Shown one piece after another: positions 34,725-43,534 of a DNA stretch of 64,000 nucleotides. The notes under the pieces are model-generated. The model worked only from the letters and a program-made list of their open reading frames with translations. It had not been told where the DNA came from and ran no database searches. The position numbers and the translations under genes were made by a program. How positions within the stretch are numbered: the first letter of the stretch is position 1; the number at the start of each line of letters is the position of its first letter. The DNA comes from Chthoniobacterales bacterium (GTDB lineage Bacteria > Verrucomicrobiota > Verrucomicrobiia > Chthoniobacterales > UBA10450), in the NCBI GenBank assembly GCA_036498205.1, contig DASXIC010000015.1, positions 152-64,151 of the forward strand. The letters are read 5' to 3'.

Positions 34725-36719
34725 TCACCCACTGCTGCCGGTCAACGTCACTCGTCGCTGGTAAATCCAAATGTTGCTCTGGCTAAGCCTGCGAACGAGA
34801 AAAAATCCGGAGTCATCCGCATCTGGCCACTGTTCCGAGGAAAGGATGTAGCGACAGCCGATCTCGCGAAGCAAAGGCAGGTTGGGCGGAAGGGAGAGTG
34901 AGTAGAGATCTGCGTTAAGGAGCGATGCAACGAAGCTGTTGTTTTGGGGAAATTCACAAGCGATGTAAGCATAACGATTGTAAACCCACTCACCCGCGCG
35001 CGTGGGATCGAGCCGATGCATAAAATCGAGATCGGGAACAATCTTGTAAGCGTTCAACACCGGGGCTCCCGTTGCCAAGACTACCCCGCCAAGAATATAG
35101 TCGTGATAAACCGCCCATTTGGCCAGGGGATCGTCGGCGTGGAGTTTCTCGATTGTTTTGAAGGCTTCCGAGTCGGTGAGTGGGGCAAGCCCACGCATGA
35201 CTGGATTGATCCAGCTGTTGGAGGCGATCATCAGGAGCGCCAATAGCCAGAGTGCAAACTTCGGTTTCAAAAAAAAGACCGCAAAGATCAGCGCACTGAG
35301 GCTCAAGGCGAGAGCAAGCTGCCTGGGATCGGGAAATATTTCGGGCGAGCGCGATTTCGCCCACCACCAGATACTCGCTATTGCCAAGCAAAATAGCGTT
35401 ACCAGTGCGATGGCGCCGATTCGAGCAAGACGGAAATTGCTCCAGCGATCGAAAAAGACACAGCAGAGGATGATGTTGGCCAATCCGATGGCAAGCAAAG
35501 CACGGCTCTCCGTCGCAAAACTTAGCAGCGTTCCGTTGAGGAGCCACCGCGGCATGGGTAAAAGACAATAAAGAAGGAGAAAGCTGAGCAGGATGACGAC
35601 TGCCACCGCGAGAAATGAGACACGAATTTTTTCGCGTCGATAAATTGCCATTCCGATGACCGCCGCCGGCCAGAGCGGAAAGAAATTACTCGCTTCGCAA
35701 ATGTTTGGATAAATGGATGGCGTAGTTTTTTCCGTTTGAAAAAAACCGAATAGTCCGGAGAAAAGCTTGAAGAACGAAAGGTCGCCCCCATTGCTTCGTC
35801 GCGAACCGGGATAGAAGGTTTGACGCACGAGATCGAAGGTGGAGTGCATCTCCCACCAGAACGGAATTAACAGAAGCGCGATAATGAGAATACTGGCTCC
35901 CAGCAAAAGCGCGCCACGTCGATACCGCAAAGCCGTGGAGGTGTGGGCGCATTCTGCCACACTGCCAAATAGCAGTGCGAGGCCGAGAAGAAGGAGCGGG
36001 ATCTCGTAGGGCGGGTAAAGGCAAAGAAGAAAATTGATTCCGCAAAACACAAACCCTGCGACTGCCAACGCGATCTTCCACCAGCGGTCCGCTTGGAGAA
36101 AAACAACCACGCAGCCAATACAGATTGCCCAGGACGCGATCATTTCCGGCAACATCGCGGGCGTGGAGAACCACCACTGCACGTAGGCGGAAAAGAAAAT
36201 CCAAAGCGTGCCCAGGCAGACGACAACGCGGCTTTGAATTCCGATTTTTCGCAGCATCCAGGCGCAGGCTAGGAGCAGAGCGAGTTGTTTCGTGCACCAA
36301 AAAAAAGAGAACCCGCGTTCGAAATCGAAAAGGAAAAATCCCCAGAGCTGGGGTCGAAACACCGTGGTGTAATAGGCCACCGGCAAGCTGAGCAAAAGGG
36401 GAGAGCGACCCGCACCCAAGCTATAGTTTGCGGTCGGAAAAGACGGAGTTTGTCGCGCCTGTGAAAGGGCGGCTGGCGTCCATAAGGTCCATTCGTCTTG
36501 TCGAGCGTGTTGAGGACTGAATAGTAGAAGTCCGTTTGGTTTCGCTGATTCATTTAGTTCCCGGCTCCACTCGCCTATGGACGAACCGTTGAATTTCAGA
36601 GTAACGGCCGCTGCAAAAGCAATCAGGCACAACGCCCACTTCCACCGCATGAGCTGCCTGGCGAGCGCGCCACTCAGAGAATCCCGGCCGGGATCAGGCA
36701 CGATCACTTCGTCTGCCAT
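34725..36719 (-). CDS. Large polytopic membrane protein of unknown function (possibly GT-C-like)
   Basis: 664 aa. More than 12 hydrophobic helices are followed by a ~130-aa soluble C-terminal domain. The first extracytoplasmic loop contains HARQDEW. Confidence 0.5.
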   Translation of the reverse strand: MADEVIVPDPGRDSLSGALARQLMRWKWALCLIAFAAAVTLKFNGSSIGEWSRELNESAKPNGLLLFSPQHARQDEWTLWTPAALSQARQTPSFPTANYSLGAGRSPLLLSLPVAYYTTVFRPQLWGFFLFDFERGFSFFWCTKQLALLLACAWMLRKIGIQSRVVVCLGTLWIFFSAYVQWWFSTPAMLPEMIASWAICIGCVVVFLQADRWWKIALAVAGFVFCGINFLLCLYPPYEIPLLLLGLALLFGSVAECAHTSTALRYRRGALLLGASILIIALLLIPFWWEMHSTFDLVRQTFYPGSRRSNGGDLSFFKLFSGLFGFFQTEKTTPSIYPNICEASNFFPLWPAAVIGMAIYRREKIRVSFLAVAVVILLSFLLLYCLLPMPRWLLNGTLLSFATESRALLAIGLANIILCCVFFDRWSNFRLARIGAIALVTLFCLAIASIWWWAKSRSPEIFPDPRQLALALSLSALIFAVFFLKPKFALWLLALLMIASNSWINPVMRGLAPLTDSEAFKTIEKLHADDPLAKWAVYHDYILGGVVLATGAPVLNAYKIVPDLDFMHRLDPTRAGEWVYNRYAYIACEFPQNNSFVASLLNADLYSLSLPPNLPLLREIGCRYILSSEQWPDADDSGFFLVRRLSQSNIWIYQRRVTLTGSSG

Positions 36720-36800
36720 CGCGCGACGATGCTAGCGCCTTGACGAAACGTCAACGGCCTCGGTTGCGCAGCCAAATCCGCGTTTTAAACTGTCTCATTC

Positions 36801-37586
36801 ATGGACCGCTGGCTGCTGGTTTTATCCACGGTTTTCTTTTTCGCGGCTGTCGTTCGCACAGTCATCGCCTTGCGCGGCCGCATCTTTCGCTGGAGCCGTT
36901 TTAACTTCGCCACGATCGCAATTGGTTTCGGGCTCCAAACTGCATTTTTGTCGATGCGCGGGCACGCAGTTGGCCGTTGTCCGATTACGAATCTATTTGA
37001 AGTTTTCATTTTTCTGGCTTGGTCGGTGGCCCTGATATATCTCCTTGTCGGGCCGGCCTATCGCCTCTCTTTGATGGGTGCTTTCACGGCGCCTGTCGTT
37101 TTTCTGCTTCAACTCTTCGCGCTCCTTGTGCCAAGCGACACACCTCATCCGTCCCGTCTGGCGCCGAATCCATGGCTCGAATTTCACGCTTCAATCTCAA
37201 TCATCGCCTATGGCGCGTTCGCGCTCGCCTGCGTGGCCGGCGTGATGTACCTCGTGCAGGAACGACAACTGAAAACACATGAGCTGCGTTCGATTTTCTA
37301 TCATTTGCCTCCGCTGCCGACCCTGTTTGCGGCCATGACCAGGCTGCTCTGGTTTGGATTTGCACTTTATACCGCGGGATTGGTTAGCGGGTTTCTCACC
37401 GGGGAACCTCTGCCGCGAACGAAAATCGTGCTGGCCGTTGCGATCTGGATTTTGTACGGGGCGATTTTGCAGGGCAGGTATCTGCGTTCAATCACGCCGC
37501 GGCGCATCGCTGCGCTTTGTGTCGTTGCATTTGCGGCCGCGCTTTCGCTTTTGTGGAGTATTGAATTTGTTGCCCATCACGCGTGA
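36801..37586 (+). CDS. Cytochrome c assembly family membrane protein (HemX/YpjD-like)
   Basis: 261 aa, 8 TM-like helices, and no WWD haem-handling motif. It lies immediately upstream of hemA with a GTGA overlap, as hemX does in the B. subtilis hemAXCDBL cluster (order differs). Confidence 0.65.
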   Translation: MDRWLLVLSTVFFFAAVVRTVIALRGRIFRWSRFNFATIAIGFGLQTAFLSMRGHAVGRCPITNLFEVFIFLAWSVALIYLLVGPAYRLSLMGAFTAPVVFLLQLFALLVPSDTPHPSRLAPNPWLEFHASISIIAYGAFALACVAGVMYLVQERQLKTHELRSIFYHLPPLPTLFAAMTRLLWFGFALYTAGLVSGFLTGEPLPRTKIVLAVAIWILYGAILQGRYLRSITPRRIAALCVVAFAAALSLLWSIEFVAHHA

Positions 37587-38659
37587 AGCTTTTCTGTATC
37601 GGTCTTAACCACCGCACGGCGGACATCGAAACGCGTGAGCGCTTTGCCGGTCATGCCCAAACCGTGGCAATGCTGCACGATTTAAATTGTCACGAACGGC
37701 TGCTGCTTGCCACCTGTAACCGGGTCGAGATCTATGCCGCGGCGGAGCACGAAATTGCCAGCAAAAAAATCGTCCACTGCCTGCATAATGGCGAGGTTAC
37801 GTCCGGCCCGGATTTAGCGGCCTTTTACCGCCACGAAAATGCGGAGTGTGCGCGTCATCTCTTTCGCGTTGCGTCGGGAATGGATTCGATGGTGATCGGC
37901 GAAACCGAAATTCTGGGACAAACCAAACGGGCCTATGAAACGGCGCGGTTGAATGGCCAGACAGGTCGATTACTGCACCGATTGTTTCAGCATGCCTTTT
38001 CCACGGCAAAACAAGTACGGACAAAAACCGACATCGGTCGCGGTGCCGTTTCGGTGGGGTCGGTTGCGGTAGATCTCGCGGAAAAAATATTTGCCGATTT
38101 GCGCGGCCGGAAAGTACTGGTTCTTGGAGCGGGTGAGACGAGCGAAAAGACATTGCGTGCGTTGAGCGCGCGGGGGGTCTCGGACTTGCGCGTCACTAAT
38201 CGTTCTTCGCAGCGCGCCGAGGAACTTGCGGCCGAACTGGATGGGATAGCGATTCCCTTCGGCACCTGGCTCGAGCAATGCCGTGAGATCGATATTCTTA
38301 TTTCGTCGACGTCAGCGGAGGGGCAACTTCTGACCCCAGCCTTGCTTGGTCCCATGCTCCAGGAACGTGTCGATCGTCCGCTTTTCATTATCGATATTGC
38401 CGTTCCGCGTGATGTCGCACCCGAGATTAACAAGATGGATGGCGTTTACCTGTACGATATTGATGCGCTCCGATTGATCACGGAGGAAACGTTGCAGTTG
38501 CGTCGCCAGCAGCTTGCTGCGGCTGAGGCCATTATTGACGAGCATGTGGCTGAATTTTGCCGGCAGGTTGGCACTTCAATGGACGGCAATGGAATGAGCG
38601 CAAATCATGTAAACCAAGTCCCAGCCGCCCCGGGTCTTGAAGTCTCGAGCGCTTCTTGA
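37583..38659 (+). CDS. hemA: Glutamyl-tRNA reductase
   Basis: IGLNHRTADIETRE, catalytic LLATCNRVEIY, and the NADPH site VLVLGAGETS. Confidence 0.9.
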   Translation: MKLFCIGLNHRTADIETRERFAGHAQTVAMLHDLNCHERLLLATCNRVEIYAAAEHEIASKKIVHCLHNGEVTSGPDLAAFYRHENAECARHLFRVASGMDSMVIGETEILGQTKRAYETARLNGQTGRLLHRLFQHAFSTAKQVRTKTDIGRGAVSVGSVAVDLAEKIFADLRGRKVLVLGAGETSEKTLRALSARGVSDLRVTNRSSQRAEELAAELDGIAIPFGTWLEQCREIDILISSTSAEGQLLTPALLGPMLQERVDRPLFIIDIAVPRDVAPEINKMDGVYLYDIDALRLITEETLQLRRQQLAAAEAIIDEHVAEFCRQVGTSMDGNGMSANHVNQVPAAPGLEVSSAS

Positions 38660-38744
38660 TCCCAACGACCAGGGGCCGCAGCGGCGATTTGTGAGCGCCG
38701 AGGCAAAAGGGCCGGACGACCGGCTCGAACGCTCTTTAGCCGAA

Positions 38745-39638
38745 ATGGTCATTGGCACTCGTGGCAGCGAGCTCGCCATGACCCAAGCGCGCGCCGTGGC
38801 CGATGCTTTGCGTGAAAAATGTGGACTTCAGGTCAAGGTCGAAGTGATTCGAACCAGTGGAGATGAGGGTGACCAAGTCACCGATCGGCGCGCTGGTCGT
38901 AAGGGATTGTTCACGGCGGAGCTTGAGCGCGCCCTCGTCCAACGGCGAATCGATCTCGCGGTCCACAGCGCTAAAGATCTTCCCAGCCAATTGCATGACG
39001 GCACGAGAGTGGCGGCCACGCTGCCCCGGGGTCCGGTCGAAGATTTGCTGATTGCGAAAATCCCGGCGTCGATCGAATCGCTGCCGTTCAATGCGAGGAT
39101 TGCGACCGGCAGCGTGCGACGTCAAAGGCAGGTCCGGTGGATTCGGCCGGACGTTGGGCTGATCGATTTGCGGGGAAACGTCCCGACTCGTTTGCGGAAA
39201 TTCGCAGCCAATGATTGGGACGCGATCATTCTCGCCCGGGCCGGACTGGAGCGGCTTGAGTTTTCATTTCCGGAGTTCGAGTTGGGCAAGGCGAAATTTT
39301 TCGCGAACATTCTGGCGGCGGAGAAATTTCTTCCGGCGGGCGGGCAGGGGGTGATCGCGGTTCAGACTCGGGCTGCCGATGAAACAATCGCTCGGATGAT
39401 ATCAATGATTGACGATCGTCAGACACATCTGTGTTTCCGTGCCGAACGCGAATTCCTCAAATTGATGCAGGCTGATTGTGATACACCGATCGGTGCGCTC
39501 GCCATTGCGGTGAGCAATAAAATCGAATTACGGGCACAAATTTTCGCAGATGCGATCGAACCAAAAATGGCGTCCGGCCGCGGTAGTTCGCCCGAAGAAA
39601 TTGCGGCCGAAGTTTTTTCCAAAATCAATGGCACCTGA
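38745..39638 (+). CDS. hemC: Hydroxymethylbilane synthase (porphobilinogen deaminase)
   Basis: IGTRGSELAMTQA, AVHSAKDLP, RGNVPTRL, and the cofactor Cys context DCDTPIGA. The start is set at the ATG at 38745. Confidence 0.9.
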   Translation: MVIGTRGSELAMTQARAVADALREKCGLQVKVEVIRTSGDEGDQVTDRRAGRKGLFTAELERALVQRRIDLAVHSAKDLPSQLHDGTRVAATLPRGPVEDLLIAKIPASIESLPFNARIATGSVRRQRQVRWIRPDVGLIDLRGNVPTRLRKFAANDWDAIILARAGLERLEFSFPEFELGKAKFFANILAAEKFLPAGGQGVIAVQTRAADETIARMISMIDDRQTHLCFRAEREFLKLMQADCDTPIGALAIAVSNKIELRAQIFADAIEPKMASGRGSSPEEIAAEVFSKINGT

Positions 39639-41142
39639 AACCGGGAAATGTTTCCTTGTTGGAGCGGGGCCGGGAGATCTCGGTTTAGTCACGTTGCGCG
39701 CAAAAGATTTGGTCGAGCGTGCTGACGTCGTCATTTACGACGCTCTTTGCAATTCCGAGATGCTGGCGTGGGCGCGCCGCGATGCGGAGCTCATTTTCGC
39801 CGGAAAAAGACCCGGCGAGCATTTTCTGTCACAGGAGCAGATCAACACTCTCCTGGTGGAAAAGTCGCGGGAAGGAAAAATTGTCGTCCGTTTGAAAGGA
39901 GGTGATCCATTCGTCTTCGGTCGGGGCGCAGAAGAGGGGGAGGCGCTCGCCAGCGCGGGAATTGAGTTCGAAATCGTTCCCGGGATCACCTCGGCGGTGG
40001 CGGTCCCGGCTTACGCTGGAATTCCATTGACGCACCGCGAGCAGAACTCACACGTCACCATTTTTACCGGGCATGAAGACCCGGGAAAACCAGGAAGCGC
40101 GATCGATTTTGAAGCCTTGGCAAAGCTCGGTGGCACACAGGTGATGTTAATGGGGATTGAGCGGCTTGAAGCGATTACACGGCAAATGCTCGCTTGCGGA
40201 AGGAGCGGCGACTTGCCGGCAGCAGTAGTGCGCTGGGGAACGACCGGTCACCAAAAGACGATCGTCGGAAGATTAAGTAATATTGCAGAGCGCGTCCGCG
40301 AGAGCGGATTGGAAGCTCCGGCGATTGCCATCTTCGGCGATGTTGTGTCGCTGCGAAAAAACCTGAACTGGTTTGAGAAGCGACCTCTCTTTGGAAAAAG
40401 GATCGTCGTCACCCGGACGCGTAAACAGGCCGGGGCACTCAGTTCGCAACTGCGCGACCTTGGCGCGGACGTGATCGAACTGCCCACGATCCGAATCGAG
40501 CCCCCAAGCGACTTACGCGAATTCGCGCAGCTGGTACAGGATGCGCATTCCTATGACTGGATCGTTTTCACCAGCCCAAACGGTGTCGACGCGTTCTTTG
40601 AAATCTTCTTCAAACTTTACGATGACGCCCGCGAAATTGGCGGTGTGAAGATTGCAGCGATTGGGGCGGCTACGGCGCGACGGGTAGAGGATTTTCATCT
40701 GCATGTGGATCTGCAACCGGAGGAATTTGTCGCCGAAGCGGTGTTGCGAGAGTTCGAGAAGCTGGGTGGCATCGAGAACCTGAAGGTGCTGCTTGCCCGG
40801 GCGGAGAAGGCGCGAGACTTGCTCCCGAGGGAACTAGCGCGCATGGGAGCTATCGTGGACGAAGCGTTTGCTTATCGAACCATTCCGGAGACGTCTGATG
40901 TCACCGGCGCGCGTCATCGTTTTCGCGAAGAAGGCGCCGATCTGATCACTTTCACCAGTTCCTCTACGGTCGAGAATTTCCTCGATCTCAAATTACCATG
41001 GCCGGCGGGAATGAAGGTCGCAAGTATCGGCCCGATCACCTCCGCCACAGCCCTCGAACACGGGCTCGCTGTCGATGTAGAAGCGAAGCAACACGATATT
41101 CCCGGACTGATCAGCGCGGTTCGCAAATTTTTCGGAGCTTAG
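39628..41142 (+). CDS. Bifunctional uroporphyrinogen-III C-methyltransferase / uroporphyrinogen-III synthase (CobA/HemD fusion)
   Basis: The N-terminal SUMT half has VGAGPGDLGLVTLRA, VRLKGGDPFVFGRG and VPGITSA. The C-terminal HemD-like half has LFGKRIVVTRTRKQAGALSSQL...WIVFTSPNGV. Confidence 0.85.
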   Translation: MAPETGKCFLVGAGPGDLGLVTLRAKDLVERADVVIYDALCNSEMLAWARRDAELIFAGKRPGEHFLSQEQINTLLVEKSREGKIVVRLKGGDPFVFGRGAEEGEALASAGIEFEIVPGITSAVAVPAYAGIPLTHREQNSHVTIFTGHEDPGKPGSAIDFEALAKLGGTQVMLMGIERLEAITRQMLACGRSGDLPAAVVRWGTTGHQKTIVGRLSNIAERVRESGLEAPAIAIFGDVVSLRKNLNWFEKRPLFGKRIVVTRTRKQAGALSSQLRDLGADVIELPTIRIEPPSDLREFAQLVQDAHSYDWIVFTSPNGVDAFFEIFFKLYDDAREIGGVKIAAIGAATARRVEDFHLHVDLQPEEFVAEAVLREFEKLGGIENLKVLLARAEKARDLLPRELARMGAIVDEAFAYRTIPETSDVTGARHRFREEGADLITFTSSSTVENFLDLKLPWPAGMKVASIGPITSATALEHGLAVDVEAKQHDIPGLISAVRKFFGA

Positions 41143-41143
41143 A

Positions 41144-41827
41144 ATGCCGGAAGATTTTGCGAGCACGATGCGGGAATTAAGCGCCGCTGCCATCGGGCGC
41201 GATCAATCGCGCAGCAGTCAAGAGCTTGCGGCGTTGATGCGGGAATTTCATCTGCTCAATGCTACCATTCAAAGCCTCGAATCGGTCCTGACGCGACGGA
41301 TCGAAAACATAGCGACAGCAGTACTGCCGGCGCGAGCGGCTGAGACGACGGCCCAATTTCAGAAAATCGAAGAGCATCTGCAAGCGATTCGAACGAGCGA
41401 ATCGGTAAATCAGCGGTTGTTTGATTCGCTGCACGATGAGCTCCTGAAATATCGCGATAATTTTTTACATGAATCGCTCCACAAACCCTTTGTACGCGAT
41501 CTGATAATTTTGTTTGATGACCTGAGTGCGCTTTGCGATCAGCTAAAAGGCGCGACCTCGCGTGGAGAGAAAGCCGATCGACTCGCTCATTGGCGTAGTA
41601 ATCTGGAAAACGCCATTCACGCGCTGCTCGAAGTGTTGCATCGGCTTGAAGTGACGGAAATCGAGCCGAAAGAGTTCGTCGATTTGGCAATGCACCGGGT
41701 CGTTAGTTTTGAACCGGCGGAATTTGCCGAGGACGACGGACGAATCGTTATGCGGGTGAAACGCGGTTTCATCTGGCGCGGTAACGTTCTGCGGCCCGAA
41801 GAAGTAATCGCGAAGCGTTACCAATAG
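41144..41827 (+). CDS. GrpE-like nucleotide exchange factor
   Basis: 227 aa. A long helical N-terminal part is followed by a C-terminus EPKEFVDLAMHRVVSFEPAEFAEDDGRIVMRVKRGFIWRGNVLRPEEVIAKR that resembles the GrpE beta-domain. The ATG lies 1 nt after the cobA/hemD stop. Confidence 0.55.
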   Translation: MPEDFASTMRELSAAAIGRDQSRSSQELAALMREFHLLNATIQSLESVLTRRIENIATAVLPARAAETTAQFQKIEEHLQAIRTSESVNQRLFDSLHDELLKYRDNFLHESLHKPFVRDLIILFDDLSALCDQLKGATSRGEKADRLAHWRSNLENAIHALLEVLHRLEVTEIEPKEFVDLAMHRVVSFEPAEFAEDDGRIVMRVKRGFIWRGNVLRPEEVIAKRYQ

Positions 41828-41836
41828 ACGCGCAGC

Positions 41837-41856
41837 TGCCGCTTTCGGCACTTTTT
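41837..41856 (+). terminator. Weak hairpin plus T5 after the GrpE-like gene (possible attenuating terminator)
   Basis: A 5-bp stem TGCCG/CGGCA with loop CTTT, followed by CTTTTT. The stem is short. Confidence 0.25.
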
Positions 41857-41971
41857 CTCGCGAGCGGCCGACAGATTGCAGTGGCGAAGAGCCCTCTGGA
41901 AATCGCTTCGCTATCCGGCATGAAAGTTGCACGCAAAGTGCGGGCGCGTGTGCCCGTAATTTCTCCAAAAA

Positions 41972-43534
41972 ATGAACCAGCGGAAAGCAGTCGGAATCGA
42001 TTTGGGCACCACTTTCTCGGCCGTCGCGCATATTGACGCCTACGGGAAACCTCAAATCATTCCCAACTCCGAGAGCGAGCGCATTACGCCGTCCGTCATT
42101 CTTTTCGACGGAACGAACGTGATTGTCGGGACAACCGCCAAAAATAACGCCGTGGCTGAACCCGAGAAAATTGTCGATTTCGTCAAACGCGAGATGGGCA
42201 AACCGAAAGAGCAATTCCACCGCGAATTTTCCGGAAAGATTTATTCGGCGGAGGAATTGAGCGCGTTGATTCTGAAAAAGCTCAAGCTTGATGCGGAAAA
42301 ATATTTAAAAGAGCCAATTACGGACGCGGTCATCACTGTGCCGGCATATTTCAACGACGCGGAACGCACCGCCACAATCACAGCGGGACAGCTCGCCGGA
42401 TTCAACGTTTTACAGATCATAAACGAGCCGACGGCAGCGGCGCTGGCTTACGGCCTGGATAAACTGGATGAGGACCAGACCGTTTTCGTATTCGACCTCG
42501 GTGGGGGCACCTTCGACGTCACGATCATGCGCATCGAAGGGCACCACATCAACATGATCGCGACCAACGGTGATCATCGCCTGGGAGGCAAAGACTGGGA
42601 CGACACGATCGTCAATTTCGTGGCCGAAGAATTCGATCGCCAGCACGGCGAAAATCCCTTGCTCGATTTACAAAGTTACCAGGAACTGCACACGCGCGCG
42701 TTGTCGGCCAAGATCCAACTATCGAGCCGGCCACAGACAGCCGTGATTCATCATCACGCAGGCAAAAGCGTCAAACTGGAGATCACACGCGAGGAGTTTG
42801 AACGCCGGAGCCAGCACCTGGTGGAAAAATGCAAAACGATTTGCGAAATGGTGATGCAGGAATCCGGGATGACGTGGGAGAAAATTGACAAGGTCCTGCT
42901 TGTCGGCGGCATGACGCGAATGCCGATGGTGCGCGAGCTGGTGGCCCAACTTACCCAGGCCCCGGTCATTGACGACGTCAATCCAGATGAAGCAGTCGCG
43001 ATGGGCGCATCAATTCAGGCAATTCTTTCGCTCCTGGAAGAGGAGCGACTCTCTGGTGAGAGGGTCCTGCCAGAAAATACCAGAGATCAATTCGCTGGCA
43101 GAGACGGCGGCTTAATTCAGGTCACGAACATCACTTCGCACACCCTCGGCGTCGTTTTATGGGATGAAGCGCAACTCGAAGAGTACGTCTTTCCGATGAT
43201 CCGCAAAATGACGGCGATTCCAGCGACGGCGAAAAATTCCTTCGGGACGGCCATGGCAAACATGCAGCGCGCTGTCGTGCGGGTGGTTGAGGGCGAAAGC
43301 ACCCTGCCCGGCGAATGCACGCCCCTTGGAATTTGCGACGTGGAGCTGCCTTCATTCCTGCCGAAAGGCTCTCCGGTTGAGTTGACCTATGAGTACAACG
43401 CCAACCAAGTACTTGAAGTGTCGGTCGAGGCTTGCGGCAATAGCGCAAAGGTCTCGATCGAACGGAACACCGGACTCGCGCCAGGTGAGGTGGCGCAGGC
43501 GATCGCAAATCTCGGTTCTCTTCGGGTGGCGTGA
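41972..43534 (+). CDS. Hsp70-family ATPase lacking the C-terminal helical lid
   Basis: GIDLGTTFSAVA, DLGGGTFDVT, LVGGMTRMP and NPDEAVAMGA are intact. The protein ends at 520 aa, shortly after the beta-sandwich substrate domain. Confidence 0.9.
   Translation: MNQRKAVGIDLGTTFSAVAHIDAYGKPQIIPNSESERITPSVILFDGTNVIVGTTAKNNAVAEPEKIVDFVKREMGKPKEQFHREFSGKIYSAEELSALILKKLKLDAEKYLKEPITDAVITVPAYFNDAERTATITAGQLAGFNVLQIINEPTAAALAYGLDKLDEDQTVFVFDLGGGTFDVTIMRIEGHHINMIATNGDHRLGGKDWDDTIVNFVAEEFDRQHGENPLLDLQSYQELHTRALSAKIQLSSRPQTAVIHHHAGKSVKLEITREEFERRSQHLVEKCKTICEMVMQESGMTWEKIDKVLLVGGMTRMPMVRELVAQLTQAPVIDDVNPDEAVAMGASIQAILSLLEEERLSGERVLPENTRDQFAGRDGGLIQVTNITSHTLGVVLWDEAQLEEYVFPMIRKMTAIPATAKNSFGTAMANMQRAVVRVVEGESTLPGECTPLGICDVELPSFLPKGSPVELTYEYNANQVLEVSVEACGNSAKVSIERNTGLAPGEVAQAIANLGSLRVA

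Noticed and set aside
41972-43534. The Hsp70 as the housekeeping DnaK, or as HscA/HscC.
   Set aside because: It has no lid or C-terminal tail. It is paired with a divergent GrpE-like protein and a non-HPD J-like protein rather than dnaJ. There is no hscB, fdx or iscS nearby. A canonical dnaK probably lies elsewhere, but that cannot be verified from this window.
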